Below, piece after piece: positions 33,531 through 43,556 of a stretch of 51,775 nucleotides of DNA. The translations under genes and the position numbers were made by a program. Source of the DNA: a virus (taxonomy: Duplodnaviria; Heunggongvirae; Uroviricota; Caudoviricetes); the IMG/VR virus record IMGVR_UViG_2687453454_000002. The stretch is one strand, 5' to 3'. The notes under the pieces were generated by a model. It saw nothing but the letters and a program-made list of their open reading frames with translations, searched no databases and was not told the DNA's origin. The first letter of the stretch is position 1. Every line of letters starts with the position of its first letter.

Positions 33531-33953
33531 ATGTTCCTGAAAACCGAATCATTTGAACATAACGGTGTGACCGTCACGCTTTCTGAACTGTCAGCCCTGC
33601 AGCGTATTGAGCATCTCGCCCTGATGAAACGGCAGGCAGAACAGGCGGAGTCAGACAGCAACCGGAAGTTTACTGTGGAAGACGCCATCAGAACCGGCGC
33701 GTTTCTGGTGGCGATGTCCCTGTGGCATAACCATCCGAAGAAGACAAAGCTGCCTTCCATGAATGAAGCCGTTAAACAGATTGAGCAGGAAGTGCTTACC
33801 ACCTGGCCCACGGAGGCAATTTCTCATGCTGAAAACGTGGTGTACCGGCTGTCCGGTATGTATGAGTTTGTGGTGAATGATGCTCCTGAACAGACAGAGG
33901 ACGCCGGGCCTGCAGAGCCTGTTTCTGCGGGAAAGTGTTCGATGGTGAGCTGA
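33531..33953 (+). CDS. G: Tail assembly chaperone G (140 aa)
   Basis: Size and position as lambda G; slippery heptamer near the 3' end. Confidence 0.9.
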   Translation: MFLKTESFEHNGVTVTLSELSALQRIEHLALMKRQAEQAESDSNRKFTVEDAIRTGAFLVAMSLWHNHPKKTKLPSMNEAVKQIEQEVLTTWPTEAISHAENVVYRLSGMYEFVVNDAPEQTEDAGPAEPVSAGKCSMVS

Positions 33954-34369
33954 GTTTTGCCCTGAAACTGGCGCGAGAGATGGGGCGACCCGACTGGCGT
34001 GCCATGCTTGCCGGGATGTCATCCACGGAGTATGCCGACTGGCACCGCTTTTACAGTACCCATTATTTTCATGATGTTCTGCTGGATATGCACTTTTCCG
34101 GGCTGACGTACACCGTGCTCAGCCTGTTTTTCAGCGATCCGGATATGCATCCGCTGGATTTCAGTCTGCTGAACCGGCGTGAGGCTGACGAAGAGCCTGA
34201 AGATGATGTGCTGATGCAGAAAGCGGCAGGGCTTGCCGGAGGCGTCCGCTTTGGCCCGGAAGGGAATGAAGTTATCCCCGCTTCCCCGGATGTGGCGGAC
34301 ATGACGGAGGATGACGTAATGCTGATGACAGTATCAGAAGGGATCGCAGGAGGAGTCCGGTATGGCTGA
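33531..34369 (+). CDS. T: Tail assembly chaperone G-T fusion (programmed -1 ribosomal frameshift)
   Basis: Slippery sequence G GGA AAG at 33929..33935 in the G frame; the -1 frame continues open to 34369 (T portion, ORF 33935..34369). Confidence 0.85.
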
Positions 34370-36923
34370 ACCGGTAGGCGATCTGGTCGTTGATTTAAGT
34401 CTGGATGCGGCCAGATTTGACGAGCAGATGGCCAGAGTCAGGCGTCATTTTTCCGGTACGGAAACTGATGCGAAAAAAACAGCGGCAGTCGTTGAACAGT
34501 CGCTGAGCCGACAGGCGCTGGCTGCACAGAAAGCGGGGATTTCCGTCGGGCAGTATAAAGCCGCCATGCGTATGCTGCCTGCACAGTTCACCGACGTGGC
34601 CACGCAGCTTGCAGGCGGGCAAAGTCCGTGGCTGATCCTGCTGCAACAGGGGGGTCAGGTGAAGGACTCCTTCGGCGGGATGATCCCCATGTTCCGGGGG
34701 CTTGCCGGTGCGATCACCCTGCCGATGGTGGGGGCTACCTCGCTGGCGGTGGCGACCGGAGCGCTGGCGTATGCCTGGTATCAGGGCAACTCAACCCTGT
34801 CCGATTTCAACAAAACGCTGGTCCTTTCCGGCAATCAGGCGGGACTGACGGCAGATCGTATGCTGGTCCTGTCCAGAGCCGGGCAGGCGGCAGGGCTGAC
34901 GTTTAACCAGACCAGCGAGTCACTCAGCGCACTGGTTAAGGCGGGGGTAAGCGGTGAGGCTCAGATTGCGTCCATCAGCCAGAGTGTGGCGCGTTTCTCC
35001 TCTGCATCCGGCGTGGAGGTGGACAAGGTCGCTGAAGCCTTCGGGAAGCTGACCACAGACCCGACGTCGGGGCTGACGGCGATGGCACGCCAGTTCCATA
35101 ACGTGACGGCGGAGCAGATTGCGTATGTTGCTCAGTTGCAGCGTTCCGGCGATGAAGCCGGGGCATTGCAGGCGGCGAACGAGGCCGCAACGAAAGGGTT
35201 TGATGACCAGACCCGCCGCCTGAAAGAGAACATGGGCACGCTGGAAACCTGGGCAGACAGGACAGCACGGGCATTCAAATCCATGTGGGATGCGGTGCTG
35301 GATATTGGTCGTCCTGATACCGCGCAGGAGATGCTGATTAAGGCAGAGGCCGCGTTTAAGAAAGCGGACGATATCTGGAATCTGCGCAAGGATGATTATT
35401 TTGTTAACGATGAAGCGCGGGCGCGTTACTGGGATGATCGTGAAAAGGCCCGTCTTGCGCTTGAAGCCGCCCGAAAGAAGGCTGAGCAGCAGAGTCAACA
35501 GGACAAAAATGCGCAGCAGCAGAGCGATACCGAAGCGTCACGGCTGAAATATACCGAAGAGGCGCAGAAGGCTTATGAACGCCTGCAGACGCCGCTGGAG
35601 AAATATACCGCCCGTCAGGAAGAACTGAACAAGGCACTGAAAGACGGGAAAATCCTGCAGGCGGATTACAACACGCTGATGGCGGCGGCGAAAAAGGATT
35701 ATGAAGCGACGCTGAAAAAGCCGAAACAGTCCGGCGTGAAGGTGTCTGCGGGCGATCGTCAGGAAGACAGTGCTCATGCTGCCCTGCTGACGCTTCAGGC
35801 AGAACTCCGGACGCTGGAGAAGCATGCCGGAGCAAATGAGAAAATCAGCCAGCAGCGCCGGGATTTGTGGAAGGCGGAGAGTCAGTTCGCGGTACTGGAG
35901 GAGGCGGCGCAACGTCGCCAGCTGTCTGCACAGGAGAAATCCCTGCTGGCGCATAAAGATGAGACGCTGGAGTACAAACGCCAGCTGGCTGCACTTGGCG
36001 ACAAGGTTACGTATCAGGAGCGCCTGAACGCGCTGGCGCAGCAGGCGGATAAATTCGCACAGCAGCAACGGGCAAAACGGGCCGCCATTGATGCGAAAAG
36101 CCGGGGGCTGACTGACCGGCAGGCAGAACGGGAAGCCACGGAACAGCGCCTGAAGGAACAGTATGGCGATAATCCGCTGGCGCTGAATAACGTCATGTCA
36201 GAGCAGAAAAAGACCTGGGCGGCTGAAGACCAGCTTCGCGGGAGCTGGATGGCAGGCCTGAAGTCCGGCTGGAGTGAGTGGGAAGAGAGCGCCACGGACA
36301 GTATGTCGCAGGTAAAAAGTGCAGCCACGCAGACCTTTGATGGTATTGCACAGAATATGGCGGCGATGCTGACCGGCAGTGAGCAGAACTGGCGCAGCTT
36401 CACCCGTTCCGTGCTGTCCATGATGACAGAAATTCTGCTTAAGCAGGCAATGGTGGGGATTGTCGGGAGTATCGGCAGCGCCATTGGCGGGGCTGTTGGT
36501 GGCGGCGCATCCGCGTCAGGCGGTACAGCCATTCAGGCCGCTGCGGCGAAATTCCATTTTGCAACCGGAGGATTTACGGGAACCGGCGGCAAATATGAGC
36601 CAGCGGGGATTGTTCACCGTGGTGAATTTGTCTTCACGAAGGAGGCAACCAGCCGGATTGGCGTGGGGAATCTTTACCGGCTGATGCGCGGCTATGCCAC
36701 CGGCGGTTATGTCGGTACACCGGGCAGCATGGCAGACAGCCGGTCGCAGGCGTCCGGGACGTTTGAGCAGAATAACCATGTGGTGATTAACAACGACGGC
36801 ACGAACGGGCAGATAGGTCCGGCTGCTCTGAAGGCGGTGTATGACATGGCCCGCAAGGGTGCCCGTGATGAAATTCAGACACAGATGCGTGATGGTGGCC
36901 TGTTCTCCGGAGGTGGACGATGA
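34362..36923 (+). CDS. H: Tail tape measure protein H (853 aa)
   Basis: 853 aa, identical in length to lambda H; coiled-coil-rich sequence. Confidence 0.95.
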   Translation: MAEPVGDLVVDLSLDAARFDEQMARVRRHFSGTETDAKKTAAVVEQSLSRQALAAQKAGISVGQYKAAMRMLPAQFTDVATQLAGGQSPWLILLQQGGQVKDSFGGMIPMFRGLAGAITLPMVGATSLAVATGALAYAWYQGNSTLSDFNKTLVLSGNQAGLTADRMLVLSRAGQAAGLTFNQTSESLSALVKAGVSGEAQIASISQSVARFSSASGVEVDKVAEAFGKLTTDPTSGLTAMARQFHNVTAEQIAYVAQLQRSGDEAGALQAANEAATKGFDDQTRRLKENMGTLETWADRTARAFKSMWDAVLDIGRPDTAQEMLIKAEAAFKKADDIWNLRKDDYFVNDEARARYWDDREKARLALEAARKKAEQQSQQDKNAQQQSDTEASRLKYTEEAQKAYERLQTPLEKYTARQEELNKALKDGKILQADYNTLMAAAKKDYEATLKKPKQSGVKVSAGDRQEDSAHAALLTLQAELRTLEKHAGANEKISQQRRDLWKAESQFAVLEEAAQRRQLSAQEKSLLAHKDETLEYKRQLAALGDKVTYQERLNALAQQADKFAQQQRAKRAAIDAKSRGLTDRQAEREATEQRLKEQYGDNPLALNNVMSEQKKTWAAEDQLRGSWMAGLKSGWSEWEESATDSMSQVKSAATQTFDGIAQNMAAMLTGSEQNWRSFTRSVLSMMTEILLKQAMVGIVGSIGSAIGGAVGGGASASGGTAIQAAAAKFHFATGGFTGTGGKYEPAGIVHRGEFVFTKEATSRIGVGNLYRLMRGYATGGYVGTPGSMADSRSQASGTFEQNNHVVINNDGTNGQIGPAALKAVYDMARKGARDEIQTQMRDGGLFSGGGR

Positions 36924-37249
36924 AGACCTTCCGCTGGAAAGTGAAACCCGGTATGGATGTGGCTTCGGTCCCTTCTGTAAGAAAGGTGCGCTTTGGTGAT
37001 GGCTATTCTCAGCGAGCGCCTGCCGGGCTGAATGCCAACCTGAAAACGTACAGCGTGACGCTTTCTGTCCCCCGTGAGGAGGCCACGGTACTGGAGTCGT
37101 TTCTGGAAGAGCACGGGGGCTGGAAATCCTTTCTGTGGACGCCGCCTTATGAGTGGCGGCAGATAAAGGTGACCTGCGCAAAATGGTCGTCGCGGGTCAG
37201 TATGTTGCGTGTTGAGTTCAGCGCAGAGTTTGAACAGGTGGTGAACTGA
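36920..37249 (+). CDS. M: Tail tip protein M (109 aa)
   Basis: Size and position as lambda M. Confidence 0.9.
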   Translation: MKTFRWKVKPGMDVASVPSVRKVRFGDGYSQRAPAGLNANLKTYSVTLSVPREEATVLESFLEEHGGWKSFLWTPPYEWRQIKVTCAKWSSRVSMLRVEFSAEFEQVVN

Positions 37250-37947
37250 TGCAGGATATCCGGCAGGAAACACTGAATGAATGCACCCGTGCGGAGCAGT
37301 CGGCCAGCGTGGTGCTCTGGGAAATCGACCTGACAGAGGTCGGTGGAGAACGTTATTTTTTCTGTAATGAGCAGAACGAAAAAGGTGAGCCGGTCACCTG
37401 GCAGGGGCGACAGTATCAGCCGTATCCCATTCAGGGGAGCGGTTTTGAACTGAATGGCAAAGGCACCAGTACGCGCCCCACGCTGACGGTTTCTAACCTG
37501 TACGGTATGGTCACCGGGATGGCGGAAGATATGCAGAGTCTGGTCGGCGGAACGGTGGTCCGGCGTAAGGTTTACGCCCGTTTTCTGGATGCGGTGAACT
37601 TCGTCAACGGAAACAGTTACGCCGATCCGGAGCAGGAGGTGATCAGCCGCTGGCGCATTGAGCAGTGCAGCGAACTGAGCGCGGTGAGTGCCTCCTTTGT
37701 ACTGTCCACGCCGACGGAAACGGATGGCGCTGTTTTTCCGGGACGTATCATGCTGGCCAACACCTGCACCTGGACCTATCGCGGCGATGAGTGCGGTTAT
37801 AGCGGTCCGGCGGTCGCGGATGAATATGACCAGCCGACGTCCGATATCACGAAGGATAAATGCAGCAAATGCCTGAGTGGCTGTAAGTTTCGCAATAATG
37901 TCGGCAACTTTGGCAGCTTCCTTTCCATTAACAAACTTTCGCAGTAA
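37249..37947 (+). CDS. L: Tail tip protein L (232 aa)
   Basis: Size and position as lambda L; C-terminal Cys cluster. Confidence 0.9.
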   Translation: MQDIRQETLNECTRAEQSASVVLWEIDLTEVGGERYFFCNEQNEKGEPVTWQGRQYQPYPIQGSGFELNGKGTSTRPTLTVSNLYGMVTGMAEDMQSLVGGTVVRRKVYARFLDAVNFVNGNSYADPEQEVISRWRIEQCSELSAVSASFVLSTPTETDGAVFPGRIMLANTCTWTYRGDECGYSGPAVADEYDQPTSDITKDKCSKCLSGCKFRNNVGNFGSFLSINKLSQ

Positions 37948-37952
37948 ATCCC

Positions 37953-38696
37953 ATGACACAGACAGAATCAGCGATTCTGGCGCACGCCCGGCGATGTGCG
38001 CCAGCGGAGTCGTGCGGCTTCGTGGTAAGCACGCCGGAGGGGGAAAGATATTTTCCCTGCGTGAATATCTCCGGTGAGCCGGAGGCGTATTTCCGTATGT
38101 CGCCGGAAGACTGGCTGCAGGCAGAAATGCAGGGTGAGATTGTGGCGCTGGTCCACAGCCACCCCGGTGGTCTGCCCTGGCTGAGTGAGGCCGACCGGCG
38201 GCTGCAGGTGCAGAGTGATTTGCCGTGGTGGCTGGTCTGCCGGGGGACGATTCATAAGTTCCGCTGTGTGCCGCATCTCACCGGGCGGCGCTTTGAGCAC
38301 GGTGTGACGGACTGTTACACACTGTTCCGGGATGCTTATCATCTGGCGGGGATTGAGATGCCGGACTTTTATCGTGAGGATGACTGGTGGCGTAACGGCC
38401 AGAATCTCTATCTGGATAATCTGGAGGCGACGGGGCTGTATCAGGTGCCGTTGTCAGCGGCACAGCCGGGCGATGTGCTGCTGTGCTGTTTTGGTTCATC
38501 AGTGCCGAATCACGCCGCAATTTACTGCGGCGACGGCGAGCTGCTGCACCATATTCCTGAACAACTGAGCAAACGAGAGAGGTACACCGACAAATGGCAG
38601 CGACGCACACACTCCCTCTGGCGTCACCGGGCATGGCGCGCATCTGCCTTTACGGGGATTTACAACGATTTGGTCGCCGCATCGACCTTCGTGTGA
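37953..38696 (+). CDS. K: Tail tip assembly protein K (extended 247-aa reading frame)
   Basis: Long ORF includes an HSHPGG motif (JAB/MPN-like) in the N-terminal part; the classical 199-aa lambda K start corresponds to the internal Met near 38097; overlaps the I start. Confidence 0.85.
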   Translation: MTQTESAILAHARRCAPAESCGFVVSTPEGERYFPCVNISGEPEAYFRMSPEDWLQAEMQGEIVALVHSHPGGLPWLSEADRRLQVQSDLPWWLVCRGTIHKFRCVPHLTGRRFEHGVTDCYTLFRDAYHLAGIEMPDFYREDDWWRNGQNLYLDNLEATGLYQVPLSAAQPGDVLLCCFGSSVPNHAAIYCGDGELLHHIPEQLSKRERYTDKWQRRTHSLWRHRAWRASAFTGIYNDLVAASTFV

Positions 38697-39265
38697 AAAC
38701 GGGGGCTGAAGCCATCCGGGCACTGGCCACACAGCTCCCGGCGTTTCGTCAGAAACTGAGCGACGGCTGGTATCAGGTACGGATTGCCGGGCGGGACGTC
38801 AGCACGTCCGGGTTAACGGCGCAGTTACATGAGACTCTGCCTGATGGCGCTGTGATTCATATTGTTCCCAGAGTCGCCGGGGCCAAGTCAGGTGGCGTAT
38901 TCCAGATTGTCCTGGGGGCTGCCGCCATTGCCGGATCATTCTTTACCGCCGGAGCCACCCTTGCAGCATGGGGGGCAGCCATTGGGACCGGTGGTATGAC
39001 CGGCATCCTGTTTTCTCTCGGTGCCAGTATGGTGCTCGGTGGTGTGGCGCAGATGCTGGCACCGAAAGCCAGAACTCCCCGTACACAGACAACGGATAAC
39101 GGTAAGCAGAACACCTATTTCTCCTCACTGGATAACATGGTTGCCCAGGGCAATGTTCTGCCTGTTCTGTACGGGGAAATGCGCGTGGGGTCTCGCGTGG
39201 TTTCTCAGGAGATCAGCACGGCAGACGAAGGGGACGGTGGTCAGGTTGTGGTGATTGGTCGCTGA
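38594..39265 (+). CDS. I: Tail tip assembly protein I (223 aa)
   Basis: Size and position as lambda I. Confidence 0.9.
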   Translation: MAATHTLPLASPGMARICLYGDLQRFGRRIDLRVKTGAEAIRALATQLPAFRQKLSDGWYQVRIAGRDVSTSGLTAQLHETLPDGAVIHIVPRVAGAKSGGVFQIVLGAAAIAGSFFTAGATLAAWGAAIGTGGMTGILFSLGASMVLGGVAQMLAPKARTPRTQTTDNGKQNTYFSSLDNMVAQGNVLPVLYGEMRVGSRVVSQEISTADEGDGGQVVVIGR

Positions 39266-39283
39266 TGCAAAATGTTTTATGTG

Positions 39284-39305
39284 AAACCGCCTGCGGGCGG
39301 TTTTG
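39284..39305 (+). terminator. Hairpin plus T-tract between I and J
   Basis: AAACCGCC-TGCG-GGCGGTTTTG. Confidence 0.45.
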
Positions 39306-39325
39306 TCATTTATGGAGCGTGAGGA

Positions 39326-42300
39326 ATGGGTAAAGGCAGCAGTAAGGGGCATACCCCGCGCGAAGCGAAGGACAACCTGAAGTCCACGCAGCTGCTGAGT
39401 GTGATCGATGCCATCAGCGAAGGGCCGGTTGAAGGTCCGGTGGATGGATTAAAAAGCGTGCTGCTGAACAGTACGCCGGTGCTGGACACTGAGGGGAATA
39501 CCAACATCTCCGGTGTCACGGTGGTGTTCCGTGCCGGTGAGCAGGAGCAGACACCGCCGGAGGGGTTTGAATCCTCCGGCTCCGAGACGGTGCTGGGTAC
39601 GGAAGTGAAATATGACACGCCGATCACCCGCACCATTACGTCTGCAAACATCGACCGTCTGCGCTTTACCTTCGGCGTGCAGGCACTGGTGGAAACCACC
39701 TCAAAGGGGGACCGGAATCCGTCGGAAGTCCGCCTGCTGGTTCAGATCCAGCGTAATGGTGGCTGGGTGACGGAAAAAGACATCACCATTAAGGGCAAAA
39801 CCACCTCGCAGTATCTGGCCTCGGTGGTGGTGGGTAACCTGCCGCCGCGCCCGTTCAATATACGGATGCGCAGGATGACGCCGGACAGCACCACAGACCA
39901 GCTGCAGAACAAAACGCTCTGGTCGTCATACACCGAAATCATCGATGTGAAACAGTGCTACCCGAACACGGCACTGGTCGGCGTGCAGGTGGATTCGGAG
40001 CAGTTCGGCAGCCAGCAGGTGAGCCGTAATTATCATCTGCGCGGGCGCATTCTGCAGGTGCCGTCGAACTATAACCCGCAGACGCGGCAATACAGCGGTA
40101 TCTGGGACGGAACGTTTAAGCCAGCATACAGCAACAACATGGCCTGGTGTCTGTGGGATATGCTGACCCATCCGCGCTACGGCATGGGGAAACGTCTTGG
40201 TGCGGCGGATGTGGACAAATGGGCGCTGTATGTCATCGGCCAGCATTGCGATCAGTCGGTGCCGGACGGTTTTGGCGGCACAGAGCCGCGCATCACCTGT
40301 AATGCGTACCTGACCACACAGCGCAAGGCGTGGGATGTGCTCAGTGATTTCTGCTCTGCGATGCGCTGTATGCCGGTATGGAACGGGCAGACGCTGACGT
40401 TCGTGCAGGACCGACCGTCGGATAAGGTGTGGACCTATAACCGCAGTAATGTGGTGATGCCGGATGATGGTGCGCCGTTCCGCTACAGCTTCAGCGCCCT
40501 GAAGGACCGCCATAATGCCGTTGAGGTGAACTGGATTGACCCGAATAACGGCTGGGAGACGGCGACAGAGCTTGTGGAGGACACGCAGGCCATTGCCCGT
40601 TACGGTCGTAACGTCACGAAGATGGATGCTTTTGGCTGTACCAGCCGGGGGCAGGCACACCGCGCCGGGCTGTGGCTGATTAAAACAGAACTGCTGGAAA
40701 CGCAGACCGTGGACTTCAGCGTGGGTGCCGAAGGGCTTCGCCATGTACCGGGCGATGTCATTGAAATCTGCGATGATGACTATGCCGGTATCCGCACCGG
40801 CGGGCGCGTGCTGGCGGTAAACAGCCAGACCCGGACGCTGACGCTCGACCGTGAAATCACGCTGCCATCTTCCGGCACCACGCTGATAAGCCTGGTTGAC
40901 GGGCAGGGGAGTCCGGTCAGCGTGGAGGTTCAGTCCGTCACCGACGGCGTGAAGGTGAAAGTGAGCCGTGTTCCTGACGGCGTTGCTGAATACAGCGTAT
41001 GGGGGCTGAAGCTGTCGACGTTGCGCCAGCGCCTGTTCCGCTGCGTGAGTATCCGTGAGAACGACGACGGCACGTATGCCATCACCGCCGTGCAGCATGT
41101 ACCGGAAAAAGAGGCCATCGTGGATAACGGGGCGCACTTTGACGGCGACCAGAGCGGCACGGTAAATGGTGTCACGCCGCCAGCGGTGCAGCACCTGACC
41201 GCAGAAGTCACCGCAGACAGCGGGGAATACCAGGTGCTGGCGCGCTGGGACACGCCGAAGGTGGTGAAGGGCGTGAGCTTCCTGCTTCGCCTGACCGTGG
41301 CAGCGGATGACGGCCGTGAGCGGCTGGTCAGCACGGCCCGGACGACGGAAACCACTTACCGCTTCACACAACTGGCTCTGGGGAACTACAGGCTGACAGT
41401 CCGGGCAGTAAATGCGTGGGGGCAGCAGGGCGATCCGGCGTCGGTATCGTTCCGGATTGCCGCACCGGCAGCGCCGTCGCGGATTGAGCTGACGCCGGGC
41501 TATTTTCAGATAACCGCCACGCCGCATCTTGCGGTTTATGACCCGACGGTACAGTTTGAGTTCTGGTTCTCGGAAAAACGGATTGCGGATATCAGGCAGG
41601 TTGAAACCAGCGCGCGTTATCTTGGTACGGCACTGTACTGGATAGCCGCCAGTATCAATATCAAACCGGGCCATGATTATTATTTTTACGTTCGCAGTGT
41701 GAACACCGTTGGCAAATCGGCATTCGTGGAGGCTGTCGGTCAGCCGAGTGATGATGCATCAGGCTATCTGGATTTTTTCAAAGGCGAGATAGGGAAAACC
41801 CATCTGGCTCAGGAGCTGTGGACGCAGATTGATAACGGTCAGCTTGCGCCTGACCTGACTGAAATCAGGACGTCCATAACGGATGTCAGCAATGAAATAA
41901 CACAGACCGTCAATAAGAAACTGGAAGACCAGAGTGCGGCAATCCAGCAGATACAGAAGGTTCAGGTTGATACAAATAATAACCTGAACAGCATGTGGGC
42001 AGTGAAGCTGCAGCAGATGCAGGACGGACGCCTTTATATTGCGGGTATCGGTGCCGGTATTGAGAACACCCCTGACGGCATGCAGAGTCAGGTGCTGCTG
42101 GCAGCAGACAGGATTGCGATGATTAATCCTGCGAATGGCAACACAAAGCCGATGTTTGTTGGTCAGGGCGATCAGATATTCATGAATGAAGTGTTCCTGA
42201 AACGCCTGACGGCCCCCACCATTACCAGCGGTGGCAGTCCTCCGGTATTTTCCCTGACATCAGACGGAAAGCTGACCGCTAAAAATGCGGATATCAGTGG

Positions 42301-42823
42301 TAGTGTGAATGCGAACTCAGGAACGCTCAACAATGTCACGATTAACCAGAACTGTACGATTAAGGGCATGCTGGAGGCGACCCAGGTCAGAGGGGATTTC
42401 GTTAAAGCTGTATCAAAAGCCTTCCCGAAAAAAGTCGGTACGTGGGGTAACACGGAAACACCAAACGGTACGGTTACAGTCACCATCAGCGATGATCATA
42501 ACTTTGACCGCCAGATTATTATTCCGCCCATTATTTTTAACGGTATAGCGTATGACGATCCGGGGAGCGGAAATAACCCAGGAGGCACGCGATACACGGG
42601 TTATGGTTTTGAAGTTCGCAAAAACGGCGTATTAATCGCATCCAGAGAAACTAAAGGGGCCATTCCCGGTAGTTACAGTGCAGTTATTGATATGCCTAGT
42701 GGTGGTGGTAGCGTCACTCTGGAGTTTAAGATTTTCCAGAAAGGCAATCAGGGGGCAGGCAATATCACCGACTGTACGGTGATTGTGACCAAAAAAGCCG
42801 CTTCCGGCATCAGTATTCGTTGA
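39326..42823 (+). CDS. J: Central tail fibre / host specificity protein J (1165 aa)
   Basis: Lambda J-like N-terminal and central regions (fibronectin-type repeats); 33 aa longer than lambda J (1132 aa), so the C-terminal receptor-binding region probably differs. Confidence 0.9.
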   Translation: MGKGSSKGHTPREAKDNLKSTQLLSVIDAISEGPVEGPVDGLKSVLLNSTPVLDTEGNTNISGVTVVFRAGEQEQTPPEGFESSGSETVLGTEVKYDTPITRTITSANIDRLRFTFGVQALVETTSKGDRNPSEVRLLVQIQRNGGWVTEKDITIKGKTTSQYLASVVVGNLPPRPFNIRMRRMTPDSTTDQLQNKTLWSSYTEIIDVKQCYPNTALVGVQVDSEQFGSQQVSRNYHLRGRILQVPSNYNPQTRQYSGIWDGTFKPAYSNNMAWCLWDMLTHPRYGMGKRLGAADVDKWALYVIGQHCDQSVPDGFGGTEPRITCNAYLTTQRKAWDVLSDFCSAMRCMPVWNGQTLTFVQDRPSDKVWTYNRSNVVMPDDGAPFRYSFSALKDRHNAVEVNWIDPNNGWETATELVEDTQAIARYGRNVTKMDAFGCTSRGQAHRAGLWLIKTELLETQTVDFSVGAEGLRHVPGDVIEICDDDYAGIRTGGRVLAVNSQTRTLTLDREITLPSSGTTLISLVDGQGSPVSVEVQSVTDGVKVKVSRVPDGVAEYSVWGLKLSTLRQRLFRCVSIRENDDGTYAITAVQHVPEKEAIVDNGAHFDGDQSGTVNGVTPPAVQHLTAEVTADSGEYQVLARWDTPKVVKGVSFLLRLTVAADDGRERLVSTARTTETTYRFTQLALGNYRLTVRAVNAWGQQGDPASVSFRIAAPAAPSRIELTPGYFQITATPHLAVYDPTVQFEFWFSEKRIADIRQVETSARYLGTALYWIAASINIKPGHDYYFYVRSVNTVGKSAFVEAVGQPSDDASGYLDFFKGEIGKTHLAQELWTQIDNGQLAPDLTEIRTSITDVSNEITQTVNKKLEDQSAAIQQIQKVQVDTNNNLNSMWAVKLQQMQDGRLYIAGIGAGIENTPDGMQSQVLLAADRIAMINPANGNTKPMFVGQGDQIFMNEVFLKRLTAPTITSGGSPPVFSLTSDGKLTAKNADISGSVNANSGTLNNVTINQNCTIKGMLEATQVRGDFVKAVSKAFPKKVGTWGNTETPNGTVTVTISDDHNFDRQIIIPPIIFNGIAYDDPGSGNNPGGTRYTGYGFEVRKNGVLIASRETKGAIPGSYSAVIDMPSGGGSVTLEFKIFQKGNQGAGNITDCTVIVTKKAASGISIR

Positions 42824-42844
42824 AATTGTTATAACCCATATAAG

Positions 42845-42868
42845 GGCACCAGAAATGGTGCCTTTTTT
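42845..42868 (+). terminator. Intrinsic terminator after J
   Basis: GGCACC-AGAAAT-GGTGCC followed by TTTTTT. Confidence 0.7.
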
Positions 42869-42892
42869 ATTGCAGAAAAGCGAGAGGTAATT

Positions 42893-43492
42893 ATGCGTAA
42901 ACTTTATGCCGCCATTTTGTCCGCAGCCATTTGTCTGGCCGTATCCGGTGCGCCTGCATGGGCATCTGAACATCAGTCCACGCTGAGCGCGGGGTATCTT
43001 CATGCCTCGACGAACGTTCCCGGCAGCGATGATCTTAACGGGATTAACGTGAAATACCGTTATGAGTTTACGGACACACTGGGGCTGGTGACGTCATTCA
43101 GCTATGCAGGAGACAAGAATCGCCAGCTTACCCGTTACAGCGATACCCGCTGGCATGAAGATTCCGTGCGTAACCGCTGGTTCAGCGTGATGGTGGGGCC
43201 GTCTGTGCGCGTGAATGAATGGTTCAGCGCGTATGCGATGGCGGGTATGGCTTACAGCCGTGTGTCGACTTTCTCCGGGGATTATCTCCGCGTAACTGAC
43301 AACAAGGGGAAAACGCACGACGTGCTGACCGGAAGTGATGACGGTCGCCACAGCAACACGTCTCTGGCGTGGGGAGCTGGCGTGCAGTTTAACCCGACCG
43401 AATCCGTGGCCATTGATATTGCTTATGAAGGCTCCGGCAGTGGCGACTGGCGCACTGACGGTTTCATCGTGGGTGTCGGTTATAAGTTCTGA
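42893..43492 (+). CDS. lom: Lom outer-membrane protein (Ail/Lom family, 199 aa)
   Basis: Signal peptide [24 protein letters not shown] and beta-barrel pattern ending ...GVGYKF; at the lambda lom position after J. Confidence 0.9.
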
Positions 43493-43518
43493 TTAGCCAG
43501 GTAACACAGTGTTATGAC

Positions 43519-43545
43519 AGCCCGCCTGTTCAGGCGGGCTTTTTT
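43519..43545 (+). terminator. Intrinsic terminator after lom
   Basis: AGCCCGCC-TGTTC-AGGCGGGCT followed by TTTTT. Confidence 0.7.
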
Positions 43546-43556
43546 GTGGGGTGAAT

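Noticed and set aside
34395-36532. Antisense and alternate-frame ORFs within H (for example 34920..35498, 35538..36068, 36014..36532)
   Set aside because: Fully overlapped by the 853-aa tape measure gene, which matches lambda H in length; no independent signals.
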